Source of the DNA: Lytechinus pictus
Lineage: Eukaryota
Length of the DNA: 64,000 bases
NCBI RefSeq assembly: GCF_037042905.1
Contig: NC_087245.1
Coordinates: 2,854,001 to 2,918,000, forward strand
Direction of reading: 5' to 3'
The notes below the pieces were generated by a model. It was not told the DNA's origin. It did no database searches and worked only from the letters and a program-made list of their open reading frames with translations. A program made the position numbers and the translations under genes. Positions 23,273-36,956 of the stretch are shown here, one piece after another (the stretch's first letter is position 1; each line of letters begins with the position of its first letter).

Positions 23273-25039
23273 TCAGTGAATCCCACCAGAAATCACACAA
23301 CATAACATCAACAAAATCTAAAAGTAAAAGTTTCAGAATCAGTTGAGACATACACATAGTTAAAAGGAAATGTCATTGATATCAATAAAAATAGACTACA
23401 CACATCCATGTAAACATTTGCCATACACATTCTAAAGGTATTGAAATCTTATCAATACACACAAAGATGTCACCACAATCCTTGAAGAATTAAAATAAGA
23501 TATGCCATCTAAAACGCATCTTAATTAATACACACACACACATAGGCCTACTATAGAACTACGTTGTATTTAAATATGGCGCCTCAAAATGGCGCCACAA
23601 TGACCGATTCAGAGATGTCACCAAAATCCTTGGAGAATGAAAGTAAAATGAAAAATAAAGCGGTAAAATCGTATATCATAATTATACATGATGACTATTC
23701 AATGTCTTAATCCTGTGCAAACATGAACAAATGGTACATGATATAGTACATGACAATACACCAGACGGTGGACTGTACTGTTTCCAGAAGAAGTATATCT
23801 GTATATTATGTATATAGGCCCTACAGAATAAAACGGAAGTTAACTCACCGAACATATTACAAAATTGTGAAGAGAATATTCAACCGGGGTTCGTATTGAT
23901 ACGATATCATGACCTGGTCCCCCCACCTTTGACCATGACCACTGAACTACATAGATCCCATCGACTTAAGGGAAATCTTCTTAAGTAGCTTAATTGTCTT
24001 TCTATAGCTCACTGGAAGACTTCTTTGTAATGATAGGTTAACTAGTGCGCTTTAAAAATATCTTAGTCTTAATACTCAAATACCCAATTTGAACGGTATA
24101 TATTATGTATGATTAATTATTGTCATTATCATTATGATTTATTATTATTGTCATGATTGTCATTATTATTACTAAAAATACAATGTTTAGATGCAATGAA
24201 ATGAAGTTGTTGGACAAAAATATGGGATTCAAATATGTTTATTATCATGCAATTCCCGATTTGTCTCCTATTTTATATAAGAGCTTGAAATTTTAGACTA
24301 CGCAATTTGAAAACGGGGCAGTGCCGGTGTAGCAGTTTTATGCCCGGGCGGTGAAAACGCCCGGAAATGCGAAGACGGACAAAAAAACCTGATGTCGTTC
24401 AGACATTTCCGTCCGCCCGGACGTAAAAAAACGTTTTGCCCGCTGAAAATGTCCGTGTTTTCCGGAGATTACGCCCGCATATTTTTTTATCAGCGACTGG
24501 AGTACAGGCTACGATTTTTTCGGCGACTGGATCGCAAGCTACGACTTTTAATGTGTCTGAATCACAGGCTATCTGACAATGGTGTCCGTGTAGGGCTTGC
24601 GAAAATGGAAGTCAATCATATTTTTTTCAGATAATTCGCTACTATATTTGTAAATTACAATCCATTGTTTCTCGTAGGTGTTCTCTCCATTGTAAAATTT
24701 TACATGAGTTTGTTTTTATACTTGATTAATATGCAAGTACCTTGTGTTACTGTTACTTGTTGGTGTGAATCAACAAAATTAGCAGGCCTTTGGTCCCACT
24801 TATACATTTTATGTGGCTATAGAATCGTTGAATCGGGGGGGGGGGGGGGCAAATAGTGCATATAGGTACTAAGGACAAAAGATAGATAACCACTTTTATT
24901 CATGTTAATACACGTTATGAAATTACATAGAAAATTTGTGCGTGCAGTGTATATTTTAAGGGGGAAGTTCACCCTAAAGAAAAATTTGTTGTAAAAATAG
25001 TTGATACATTACTGTTTCATTCAGACAGTTTGCCTGATA

Positions 25040-28000
25040 CAACCGCGTAGCCAGGATTTAATTTTGGAGGGGGCGGTAAGTGCACGCGAAGCGCGCTGCC
25101 TAGGGGGGGGGGGGGTGCTGGTAGGGGGGGAGTTTCCCCCTTCCGCGTTTTGGTATCTCATCAATTATCAAATCAAAAGAAGGCGTCTCTTGCGTCTCTA
25201 GAACCCTTATCAACTCGAATATTGACTTGCTATGACTGAAACAAAATTGTTTTCGAAAGAAATCATGAGCGCCCCCAAAATGGGAAAAGATTGAAGAATT
25301 TGAAATTATTCCTCTTACCGCGCGAAGCGTGGAAGCTTAAAAAGTTTTATAAAAATAGAGAACAGAAGTGATTATGCCTACCTTGGTCACATCAGATTTA
25401 ATTTCTTTAACTCAAGTCGCAAAACATAGAAGACGGGTATATACAGGAAAGAAATAGGCGCTATATTCCTTCCCGGGAATATAAAAAAAATATCTGAAAC
25501 TTTACTCAAAATGTGAAAGGGATGCAATGGCATAACAGGCGGGGGGGCAGAGGGGGCAAACTGCCCCCCCCCCCCTGGTGGATTTCACCGGGAAAATAAA
25601 AAAAAAACGGGAAAAGGGGGATAAGGGAGAAAGAGAGAAAGGGAAAGGGAAAGAAATAAAGAAAGAAAAGGAGGAAAGGGAAAAGGGAAAGGGCAAAAGT
25701 GAAAAGAAAGGAACAGAAAGAAAAAACATAAATAGAGAAAATGGAAGGAAAGCGGGATAAGGAACGAAAGAACATTTAAGAAAGTACACAATATCCGGAA
25801 ATACTAATGCATTATTAGCAAGAGAGGGATATGAAATCAAAAGATATGGCTCAATGGTACAGGCAAGAATGCAGGGAAAATGGGTGAAAGGGGCAAAAAG
25901 AAACGGGAAATGAAGGTAGAGCCAAAAGCTAAATTAATAAATCAGAATATCCAAGGGCTATTTATATACCCCCCCCCCCATGTCAATCTTAATGAATAAG
26001 TAAAGCTTTGCGCCTGCTCAATATTTACCGTACAACGCCTCTCAATGTTTACTTTGGCTAAATTTTCAAAGCTATTATCACATAATTAGAATTTAATTTC
26101 AAAATCTGTTTATAAAAGGCAAATTTTTCTGGCTCGCATCGCTCGCTGGCGACTTTTTACAAATTTTACCACATTTGCTATGTCGTGCTGCCTCGAAATG
26201 TTTCGTGTATTATCCGCAACTTCTTTGAAGTTATGTGTTTTGTATGTATACCCGCGGTTTCATAATGAAGTGGCCATCTGCATTGTTTTAAAATATTGCG
26301 GATGAGTGACGACCCCAAGAGGGAGACACGGGGGCATTTGCCCCCAATGAGTTGGCCCCACTTGCTCCTCCCCCCTCGAAATTTTGAAAAATAAAAGAAG
26401 ATGTGTAGTTAATGTTGTCATAAGCATCCTAATAAATCTGCAAAGTGCTCCAAATCAGCTTTTCGTTCTTCAATATTTGAAAATTTTCTCATTCACTGTT
26501 GCTCCCAACAATACATGTCAACTTAGATCTTTCAGGTCATTATATAAAATTCAAAATTTCGCTCGCGCTAATTGTTGATTGACTGAGATAAGTAAATTAT
26601 CTGTTCACATGAGGCATAAAAATCCAGCGTTCTAGTCAATATGCTTCTCGCGATTAGAGTTTTCATTATTCATTTTAAGCGAGATACATATCCGGCGTAT
26701 TCATAAGTTTCATAAATCAAAAATCTTCAGCTCGCGATTTGCGCTCGCATCAATTGTTTAGTTAGATAGCCATCCAGTTCATGATTGCAAAAAGTGCTTA
26801 GAACGTCCAGTTATCATCTCAGGATATCAAACATGTTCAGCTCGCGCTTCGCGCTCGCATCATTTATTTGGTGAGATATCCAATGCAAACAGCTAGTCCT
26901 TAACAGGTCCTTTTCCAAGTCGGTAGTGCCTACATTGAACAAAATAACTCACACTCCTCGCTCGAATTTTTGAAATGGGCAAACAAAAATAGTGTTGCCC
27001 CCCCCCATGTTCTTTTGCCTCCCCCTAGGTTAAAACTCCTGGTGCCGCCACTGCCCCGGACCCAATCTGCATAGCACTGGCCAAGAACAAAAAAGAAAAA
27101 AGGAAAGGAAAGGAAGATGTAAGATATGATGTTATTTATTGAATAACTTTTCAAATTCAATTTCAAAGTTAGATTCTCATGAAACAGTGATTTTTTTCTC
27201 GCTCGCTTCACTCGCTCGGGACTTATATTAAGCAACTTTTTGCCGCGCGCGTCATGCTGTGCCCCCTCTTTTTTGTACTTATCACGCATTGAGCTGCTTC
27301 GCCCCAATGCTTGGGCACAATCATAAAAAAATCTTGTTCATACCATGATATGACCGAGAAATGTGTGGCTCTTGCCCCCCCCCCCCCCTGGCCACCGACC
27401 CCTGTTACGCCGCTGAAGGGATGATGCAAGCTAGAAGAGGGACTTTTCCTTTCACATGCTCGTGAAGCGCGGAAACCTCTCTGATTTATTTTGTGGAAAA
27501 TGTGTAATTTCGCTCATATTAAGCGCTTCCTTATGACAGTTCAGAAACTTCAGTGATATTCAAAATTTCAAATCAATGGCACAAAACAAGACATGGATGT
27601 GCAGCGATATAGAATAAAGTATAATATCGTACATACTTTTGCATATAGCACGGCACGAATTTATGATACTTTGCCGAAAAAATAGCATTTGGGGAATCAG
27701 GGAGTGACGGTAATGTTTAGCCGCTCCGAACAGAAGAGCCAAACCTTTGTGTCAATGCAATATTTTTGAAAAAATACTTGTCATACTCTTTACACCTATG
27801 TATACTTTATAATTTCTGGCAAGAATATACGATTTCCACAGCCGGGAAGGGGAAAGACGGAGTAGAATAAAAGGTGTGGAAAACCAAAGGGAATGGCAAT
27901 GATAATTTTCCCGCGCAGAGCGCGGAAGCAAAATTTTGTATACAGAGAGAAGAACGTCTCGTTTAGGTTTTTATTCTTTTAACCAAAAAAGAAGGGAAAA

Positions 28001-28141
28001 GACGACAAAGCTATACCTTCTTCCCTTTTCTCCTTTCGCTTTTTCTTTTTCTCCTTCTTTTTGTTTTCTTCTTGGGAGCGTTTTTTTTTTTTCGGGGGGG
28101 GGGGGGGCGACCGCCCAACCGCCCCCCTGGCTACGTGCCTG
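25040..28141. mobile_element. hAT-like non-autonomous element with 8-bp TSD
   Basis: GCCTGATA|CAACCGCGTAGCCAGG...CCTGGCTACGTGCCTG|GTCTGATA (TSD 7/8 identical). Confidence 0.8.
25525..27415. mobile_element. hAT-like non-autonomous element with perfect 8-bp TSD, nested in 25040-28141
   Basis: AAGGGATG|CAATGGCATAACAGG...CCTGTTACGCCGCTG|AAGGGATG. Confidence 0.88.
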
Positions 28142-28751
28142 GTCTGATAACCTCGTTGATTGATTGATTGATTGCTTTTATTCGTCAAGAATATCACAGT
28201 AGATTACAATAAAATTGAAGAATACCTTGACAGGATAGCCCATGAAAGCCGAAAGGCTTATTTCCAATGGGGTCCTATAGTTAGTATAAAACATTAACAT
28301 ATTGTAACAAAAAGTATAAACTACGACAAGTACTGGAATATGGTTTTAAAACAATAATAATGAAATACATACATACATTTCTATCAGTCAAATAATATGC
28401 AAACATCTGAAGCAAACAACAATCCTCCTAATATATGAAACAAGATTATATTTCAACATACCCTACATTATCTTCAATACTAGAAACCAACTGTACAAAA
28501 TGTTTGATTTTTACTGGTTATATTGCTCTTGGGTAGCTTCCAGTTTTAGGTGCTTCTTTAATGCACTCTTAAATTGAGAAAATATTTTAACTGCTTTTAC
28601 TTGATTGGGAAGAGCATTCCAAGATTGGACGCCATTAAAATAAAAAGTGTTCCCTATATGTCCTTCACGTTTTGGTAATACAAAATTAAAATTACTATTT
28701 CGAGTATCGTACCTATGGATATTTGATACACGGGTGAAATTATTTGCTATA

Positions 28752-30527
28752 CAGTGCGTCCCAAAAAAAACTATACACTTTTGAAATGGCTGCCAAACAA
28801 AAAATATAGCACTTTGGGGGAATAACTTATAGATATGGAAAGCCAATAAAGTCAACTTTCAAGTGACACCAAAAAGTTGGAAAACTATTCATGCTTGAGC
28901 GAGCACTGCCCACTGAAACAAAGGGTATGAAAATTAGGGTGGGCCGGAATTAGCCTTCTAATTTCTTTCAGGTTTTTTGTTTGGTACTTGCAAAGTTGAG
29001 GGTTATTTGGTGAATTAAAGATCAGTTGTGATCAGTTTGTTGTTTGTGAAAATTTAATGCGTTATTAAATTAAATTTATTACATTGAAATTTAATGCATG
29101 AGTGATCGTGAATTGCAATTTTTAGTGCAGCATTTTGTCTTTTTTCATGTGGATCTCAACAATGTGTTTATGAAAGTCAGGAGAAGAGGGGTAATATGAC
29201 TTAGGTAGGTGAAGAACGTTGATGGGAGAAAGGTCAACAGAACATTTAGCAACCCCTCCCCCGCTTCTCTCCTCCTCAGACACTAAGCTCGGCTAGGCTG
29301 GGCAGGAATTAGCCTTACAATTTTTTTAGTGGTTAGTCCTTTGGAACTTGCTAAGCTAAATTAATGAGTGAGATAAGTTTTAGTTTCTTAGGCAAATTTC
29401 ATGAGTTACTAAATTGAAATTAAATGCAAGAGTGAACAGGAATTGTAATTTTAGTGTTGCATATTCATCTTGTGGACCTCAGAAGTGTGTTCGTGAGAGT
29501 CAGAGTAATGTGATGGTACCTGTTACAAGCAAGAGGGCGAGATATGCTAAGACTTGGTTAAAAGGGCATTCCTCTTCTTTTTGTCCTCTTACAAATTAAA
29601 AGTATGTACCCTCCCCTCTCCACCTCCATTTCCCAGCCCCCCTCTCTGTCTCCCTTCCTGGATTGTAGCCTATTCAAAACTTAGCTGCCAAGTGACCGGT
29701 GGCTGATGGTCATTTTTTATTGAATTATTACCAAGAAATTTAATGATTATGATGATTAATGAAATAATTTATTGGAAAAAAAAACTGAATGTTTGATTGA
29801 TCACATTGCACATTGAATGAGTTGATTTACTAATAAATTGTTGATAAAATGATTGATAGGTAAAAGTTGATGCCCCAATTCAGAATTAATCATTAAATCA
29901 ACATTCCGCTCTGGACTTCACGCGTACATGACAATAGCCATCAGTCTCTCAACAGGAGGGGAGGGCGGGAAAGAGGGAGGGGGCGGGGCTGAATGTTCTG
30001 TTGACCCTTATTCCATCAACCTACTTCTCCCACTTAAGTCCTATCTCACCCCCTATTCTCCCGACTCCCATGAACACACTGCTGAGATCCACATGATAAA
30101 GTTGAAATGCTGCCCAAAAAGAAATCCAAATGATAAAGTTGAAATGCTGCCCAAAAAGTGTAATTTGCATGTGTTCACTCATGCATTAAAGTTCAATTTA
30201 ATAATTTATATAATTTGCATAAGCAACCAAAACTGGTCACGGTTGATCATTAATTTATCACAACGCCCTTAACTTTGCAAGTTCGTAAGGATTTGCCTCT
30301 TAAAAACTGACATAAATTGGAAGGCTAATTCCAGCCCACCCTAATTTTCATACCCTTTGTTTCAGTGGGCAGTGCTCGCTCAAGCATGAACAGTTTTCCA
30401 ACTTTTTGGTGTCATTTAAAAGTTGACTTTATTGGCTTTCCATATATGTAAGTCTTTTTCCCCAAACTGCTATATTTTTTATTTGGCAGCCATTTCAAAA
30501 GTGTATAGTTTTTTTTGGGACGCACTG
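28752..30527. mobile_element. Tc1/mariner-type non-autonomous element with TA TSD and ~210 bp TIRs
   Basis: TA|CAGTGCGTCCCAAAAAAAACTATACAC...GTGTATAGTTTTTTTTGGGACGCACTG|TA. Excision restores the LINE frame (...LDHYIANNF...). Confidence 0.92.
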
Positions 30528-30770
30528 TATAATGATCTAATGTATCCGAATGGAATATTTTATGCACGTGGTGTAATACTAATTGTTGTGATCTGTGATC
30601 TACATGAAGTAATCCTGCATTTTCAAGTTCTTTACATCCGACATGTGCTCTTGGTCCTAAAACATTTATGTATCTCACAATTTTATTTTGAATCATTCTT
30701 AGCTTTTTCTTATCCGTAACACCCAGACTACCGTACCAAGCCGCATTAGCATAGTCGAATAGACATTGTT

Positions 30771-31682
30771 TTAAAGCAAAGCATAAAATAGTCTAGACTT
30801 CATATTCAAACAGGTTTGATATCTATACAAAAATTTCAAGCGTGAATTTGCCTTTTTGACGATTGAGTCTACCAAACCCGTCCATGATAGGTTACTTGTT
30901 AAATTAATTCCCAAATATTTCACTGAATCTTTTCTGTCAATTACCTGATTATTATATGAAACCTTGAAATCGTGTGTATATCTTAACTTTCGTTTCGAAC
31001 AAAATAAAATGCTTTCTGTTTTACCAACGTGTAAACTAAGCTTGTTGTCAGACATCCATTCAATGCAATTTGCCAGATCTGCACTAAGTTTTTTATCAAT
31101 TATCTTGGGATTTGTATCTGAATATAGCAGGACACTATCATCAGCATATAAAATTAATTTAGATTCGTTGATACAAGTACACATATCATTGATGTAAGAC
31201 ATAAAAAGAATGGGGCCTAAAATGCTTCCTTGAGGGACTCCGCATTTAATAGGCAGTGAATCAGAAAGAACCGTCTGCATGGTAACTACTTGATGACGGT
31301 TAGATAAATATGATCTAAACCATGTCACACAAGCAGAGTCTAAACCCATCACTTCTAATTTCTTTAAAAGTATGTTATGATTTACAGTATCAAAGGCTTT
31401 TTGTAAGTCTAGGAGAACCATTCCAACCATACGCCCATGTGAAATTTCGTTCCTGATAAAATCTGTTAAATGTATTAAACAAGTTTCAGTGGAATATCCG
31501 TTACGAAAGCCGGACTGAAATTTATATATTAGCTTGGTTTCTTGAAAGTATTTCTCCACTTGAGCATGAACAGATTTTTCCAAGATTTTTGACACTACAC
31601 TTAATACACTTATAGGCCTATAATTACTAACGTCAGTTTTATCTTTCTTTTCATGTAGCGGGGTAACTTTTGCAAATTTCAT
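30771..31682 (-). pseudogene. LINE ORF2 reverse transcriptase domain (303 aa open segment; no endonuclease, frameshift downstream)
   Basis: Motifs NYRPISVL, QSGFR, DLQKAFDTV, GVPQGSILGP, YADD and KYLG in the expected order. Confidence 0.93.
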
Positions 31683-32546
31683 ATCAGACCTTTAATGCAA
31701 AGTGTGTTGTGCATGTAAAGCATTCTCTAGAATCTCCCAAACGGCTGAATCATCCTAACACTAGCACCGCATTTATAAAATATACATAATGATCACCTTC
31801 TTGCCTGATAATAAATTTATCCCTAACTCCCCTTAAGTAAACAACCCTGTGGGGTAGTTTTCCTGGTACGCTAATACGCGGCTGACAGGATGTGCAAAAC
31901 ATGAAGCCTTATGTGTTATGACGACTGAAAAACAAAGACTACGCACGGAGAACACGTCCGCCCCTCGGCGGAGAATTCGTCCACTCAACACGGTTTTTTT
32001 TCCCGCGGACAAAAAACCCTGAAACACTCTAGGATTTTTCGTCCGCGCAGACGGATTAAACTGGCCGGACGTTTTCGCCTCCGACACCGGTATCTTAAAC
32101 GGGGAGGGTAAGATGTGAACAACAGAGGTAGTACCAGGGGCGTCGCTGGACCATTTCCAGGGGGGTTGGAGGCCCTTGATTACCGACAGGTATCGGTACC
32201 AATTACCCCACGTCCGACGACTATGAGGTAGTCATCATATTCCCATGGACATGATGGAGGTCAGCGACTCATTAAAAGGACACATATTTCACTAATTATT
32301 GATATGAGCTGGAATCACGAGATAATAATTTTGACATTCCGACCTGACATTCTAAACACGCTTTTGATTGATAAATAATAACAATTATTGCGGGAGTGAA
32401 GCGCGATCTGAATTTTTCCTAGATTTTTACCTAAAACGGGACATTCTACACATTTTTTTATTATGAAAAGAAAGGGTGTCATGCCCAATATATAATATGA
32501 GTACAAATTTTCACCTCATTGACATATTGAAGAAAGTTTTATTTCC

Positions 32547-32671
32547 TGGTCGAGTCATACCAAAGACTTATAAAAATGGGACCTTCTACCTTCTTGCTAG
32601 GCGCTCAGCATTTATATTGGAGAAGGGTAATAATAACATATTATGTTAAGCAGGGCCCGCTGGAAGAGCAA
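32547..32671 (+). mobile_element. SINE fragment (second family)
   Basis: Body GGTCGAGTCATACCAAAGAC...GCTAGGCGCTCAGCAT ends in AGCAGGGCCCGCTGGAAGAGCA, which matches the tail of the SINE at 51151-51462. Confidence 0.6.
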
Positions 32672-33099
32672 ATAAGATAATAAGAAAATAAGAAAATAAT
32701 ATTTTCATGAATTCCTTAAAACTAAATTGGCCCCTTTTCAGAATGGAATAGCAACAAGTTTCATCTCGCGCTTAGGAATAATAGGAAGAGTCATCATTCT
32801 TTATAATTCATGCTCAATTTTGAAGAAAAAAACAAAAACAAACTAAAAGCTATAGGTCATCCAGTTACTGAATATAGTTTTTCGAAGAATTTTCTAGGAG
32901 AAGATATTCTGGTATGTGCACCTGATACCAGCTTTATTTGTGAGTGTTTTATTTTTTCTTGCTTTTTTTTTATGTATATAGATATATATATATATATATA
33001 TATATGATGTTGATTTTTGTTTGTGTGAAGTATTTACTAAAAATTCATTAAAAGTTAGAAAAATAAAGTGTGATCCACTTCACAATCTTTCTACACAGT

Positions 33100-33926
33100 G
33101 CTTTTTCAGATCGGATAATGTTTTCAGCTCGCGCTTCGAGCTCGCATTGGTGATCTTCAAGATTAAAAAAAATGTATTCAGAATGCCCGGTTTCTAGGTC
33201 TATTGAGGAACGCAGCTTGTTCTTTATTTAAAACGCGCTTAAATTATCCAGTTTCAGATCAGAATATCAAAAAATTTCTGCTCGCGCTTCACGCTCGCAT
33301 TATTAATGTAGGAAGAAATCCAATTACACATCCTCTTCATGATTTACAAGACATGAATAGAGTGTCCAATTTTTAGGTCTAAAATCGAAATTTTCTTCCG
33401 CTCGCGCTTCGCGCTCGCATCAATTGTTTAGTTACATCCCTTTCCCTTCCATGATTACAAAAAGTGCTTCGAATTACAATTTTTTTAAAGGTCGGAATGT
33501 CAAAAAAAATTCAGCTCACGCTTCGCGCTCACATCGTTGAAATATGTGTCATCTTCATGGGTAACTGCAAACAGTCCTTAACAGGTCCCTTTTCGATAAG
33601 ATCAGAACGTTTATTAAAAATTTCTGCTCGCAGTTAGCGCTCGCAGTAAGTATTTAGTGACGTACGCATCTTAATCAGGATCTCAGACATTTTGCAGACA
33701 ATCTAAATTTTCAGGACGAAATACATGAAATCCCCCCCCCAAAAAAAAATAGGGCTTATGAGATTACTTCATATGTCTGCTGTTTGATAAGAATAAAGCT
33801 AAGAAGTGACTGTGAGGATGACCCCTTCAAAGAAAGAAACAAAAATCAACTTTGAGCGGCCGATCGGGGAAAATATGGGTGAAAATTTTCGGCCTCCCCT
33901 GTTAGCGAAAGCTGGATCCGTCCCTG
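33100..33926 (-). mobile_element. Partial copy of the CAGGGGCGGATCCAGC element with GCGAGCGCGAAGCGCGAGC subrepeats
   Basis: Reverse-complement match to 4099-4900, including GAGCGGCCGATCGGGGAAAATATGG and GCTGGATCCG.CCCTG. Confidence 0.8.
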
Positions 33927-36447
33927 TCACATACACACACATAAAAAATTGTTGCCCCTTCCATTAGAAAGCAGGGACTTCCAATGCCCCCCCCCCCCCT
34001 CCAGGAAAAAAAATCCTAGCTATGCCACTGCTGATTCGATATAAGTTAGGCCTAATTTACGTGTGAATCATAAGGGCCCTGGGAATATTTTTTAATAGTG
34101 TGTGCTGTACTGGTTTTTTGTTCAGGGGGTTGTCGTAAGGAAAATTGACCAGCAAAAAAGGGGGTAGTTACTATATATCTCCGTCTTTTGAGACCTATAT
34201 CTTTTGCTTGGGAACCTGATTTCCAGAGGGGTGCTGCCTGCCTATATGGTAATAAAAAGGGAATGTTGATTTCCATTATTTCTTCCGGGGCTCTTTATGT
34301 TTGTTTTTTATTCATAATACAAACGAATAAATTACAAAGGACAAATCCTCTGACGCAAGTAATTTCACTCCTATCACATCACCTGCAAAAAAAGAAAACA
34401 AATAGTCCAGCCACAATAAGCCCTTTTACAATGATTTGTAGAAAATCATCTCACTTTGTTTATCTCGGATAATATTGTCAAAATCTGCAAAAGCGCATCT
34501 CCTTGTCATCCGTTCCAAAAATTGAATAGCGCCATCTAGATTTTGCAAAAAACAAGCAGACGACGCACGTGCATGATCATATCCAGATATGCTATCTTAC
34601 TAAATAAATGATGCGAGCGTAAAGCGCAAGGTAAAACGTTTTTATATTCCAATCTGAAGTGGACATTTTAAGTTCGTTTATAAATATATAACGAGCTGTG
34701 TATCTAATTAAAAAAAAAAGATAAATGTGAGCGTTGAGAACGAGTTGAACATGACTGTTAAACATTGTTTAACACGATTGTGAATAGGACAGTTTGGTCA
34801 CTATAAATGATGCATGCGCGAAGCGTGACTGCGTGAGCTTAATTTTTGGGGGCAATTTGGGGCGATTTCGACGGAGTTTTCTAAGCACATTTTGTAATCA
34901 TGAACAGGATGAGTATCTAACTAAACAATTAATGCGAATGCAGAGCTCTGAACATAATTGATATAGGAAAAATGACCTGAAAAGGGGAAATTTCGAATAC
35001 TGATTTTGCTGGAATGCAGGAAGGAAACATATCTCGCTAATCAATTAATGCGAGCGTGGTAGCGCGAGCTGAACGATTATTTTTTTTTAAATATTAAACA
35101 GTTTATGGAATATTTTCTCTCTCTAGTTGTCTATTTCCCCCCTCTCTAGCTTGAACACTCTCTTCCCACCTTCCCCAATAGGTCTCTTCTCCTTTTAGTT
35201 TGTCTTCTCTCTTCTCCCTCACTCACTCTCTCTCTCCCTCACCACTCTCTCGACTCTCCCCCTCTCTACCTCACTCTAAATAGGAAAACTTAAAGATTAG
35301 ACCATTTATTGGAACCCAGAGCCAGTTCCCCACCGGATAGGGGATGGGGGTGTTTTAGGAAGGGTCGGGGAGGGGGTAGGGTCCAGGGTTGAGTTTGTTG
35401 TTGAGATTGATTTTATTTGAGTGAAGAGGCCGAGGCGGTGGGTTAAAAAAAATATGCGGATGGCTTCAATATTTTTGTGTGTTTGGAAAATCTCTTTTAT
35501 GTTTATATTTGACACTGGAAAAAAATTCAATATTAAGAATTTATTGTAGAAGTTTATTCTTAATGCATATTATTATCATCAATGTTATTTATAATTATGT
35601 ATTGGAAGATGTCTGACATGGTGTTTTATTGTAACACTTAAGGGGAAAAATGGTGTTAAATTTATGAGTTGTCAAGGTATTTATTAATTTGTAAAGACAT
35701 CAAACTTCTATTTGTTATATTATTTTATTTTGTATATGAATTGAAGTTGTCAATAAAAACTACTTAATACAAAAAAAACATTAAAAAATTGACCGATTGA
35801 TCGATTGATTGATTGATTTATTAATTGATTGATTGATTAAATAGTAACATCCCGTTTTCAAGTCAATATACAATAAATATATTTCCTCGCAATTCGAGTT
35901 TTTATTGAGTGACATATGTTTCTTTTTCATGAGTACTTAAAGTGATTGCTCCGTTTTAAGATCTGAATATATTTAATAAAAACATTTCCAGTCCGTGCTT
36001 ACGTTCGCATTTATTGGTGAGATATGTCTGCTTATCATGAATTCCTAAAAACAGTCCTTAAAATGTCCATTTTGGGGGTTTGAATGTCAAAATGTTCAGC
36101 TCGCGCTTCGCGTTTGCAATATTTGATTAGTGAGATATACGTACCACGTTCACGATTACAATGACTACAAAAAGTGCTTCATGCATGTGTTTAGGTGTAA
36201 TAAAAAAACCCAGCACGCGCTTGGCGCTCGTATTAGATGACTATGGTGAGATATAAATGCTCTTCATGAATTCCTAAAAAGGTCCTCAAAAAATGTTCTT
36301 GTTTGTAGTCAATATATACAAAAATTACAGCTCGCGCCTCGCATTTTTTAATATTTTTTTTTGTGAGACAGATACGTTCGCGTTATTTGATCAGTGAGAT
36401 ACATACCTTTAATGGCACATTAAAATGTCTATATAAGGTTAATATAT

Positions 36448-36880
36448 ACCGTGTTTACACTTAATCGGCATTCGAATCGGCTCGCGGTTCTGAACCGCGA
36501 GCCGATTCAGCATCGGCTATAATCGGCATTTGGTTCTGAACCAAATGCCGATGCAGAATCGGCATTTGGATTGCGTTTACACGTTGTTACAGCTCGCGGT
36601 TCAGAACCGCGAGCCGATGCAAAAACTTGAAATGATACGCATACCTACAATATACGTCATAATAAAGACAACGCTGGATCAGCGCGCTAACAATTACGTC
36701 ACAATGGTAAAGTAATTGAAATGCGCACAAATTGCCGGTGCAGAATCGGCTTTCTGTTTACACGTAGTAAAAAAGCCGATTCTGCATCGGCTCGCGGTTC
36801 AGAACCTACTACTTTGGTGGTGCAAATTGCCGGTTCTGAACCGCGAGCCGATTCAAATGCCGATTAAGTGTAAACACGGT
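36448..36880 (+). mobile_element. Palindrome-rich MITE, copy 1 (AT on both sides; PIF/Harbinger-ISL2EU-like)
   Basis: AT|ACCGTGTTTACACTTAATCGGCAT...ATGCCGATTAAGTGTAAACACGGT|AT. Confidence 0.88.
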
Positions 36881-36956
36881 ATAAGTGACTCAAAAATTTG
36901 CTGGTGCCCCCCCGGCCCCACGGCCGTGATCCACGGTACGCCACTGCATGATTTAT

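Larger units (their letters stand above)
28157..31690 (-). mobile_element. 5'-truncated L2-group (Crack/Daphne-like) LINE interrupted by a MITE
   Basis: RT ORF plus C-terminal pieces. The 3' end has a GGACCCCATTGGAAATAAGCC...GGGCTATCC stem-loop, AATAAA and a (CAAT)n tail. Confidence 0.92.

Noticed and set aside
22800..23870. Minus-strand first exons (GTAAGT near 22826, GTGAGT near 23846; AAAATGGCG motifs near 23575-23595)
   Set aside because: Isolated donor-like hexamers without a supportable acceptor or reading frame.
25502..25840. Phe/Leu/Ser-rich or Lys/Glu-rich ORFs (also 3663-4124 and 27936-28197)
   Set aside because: These are translations of purine/pyrimidine tracts inside transposon arms.
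24324..32090. One large element bounded by CCGGTGT...ACACCGG with CGGAC/GTCCG-rich subtermini
   Set aside because: The match is only about 7 bp with no TSD. It is plausible but unsupported without a genome search.
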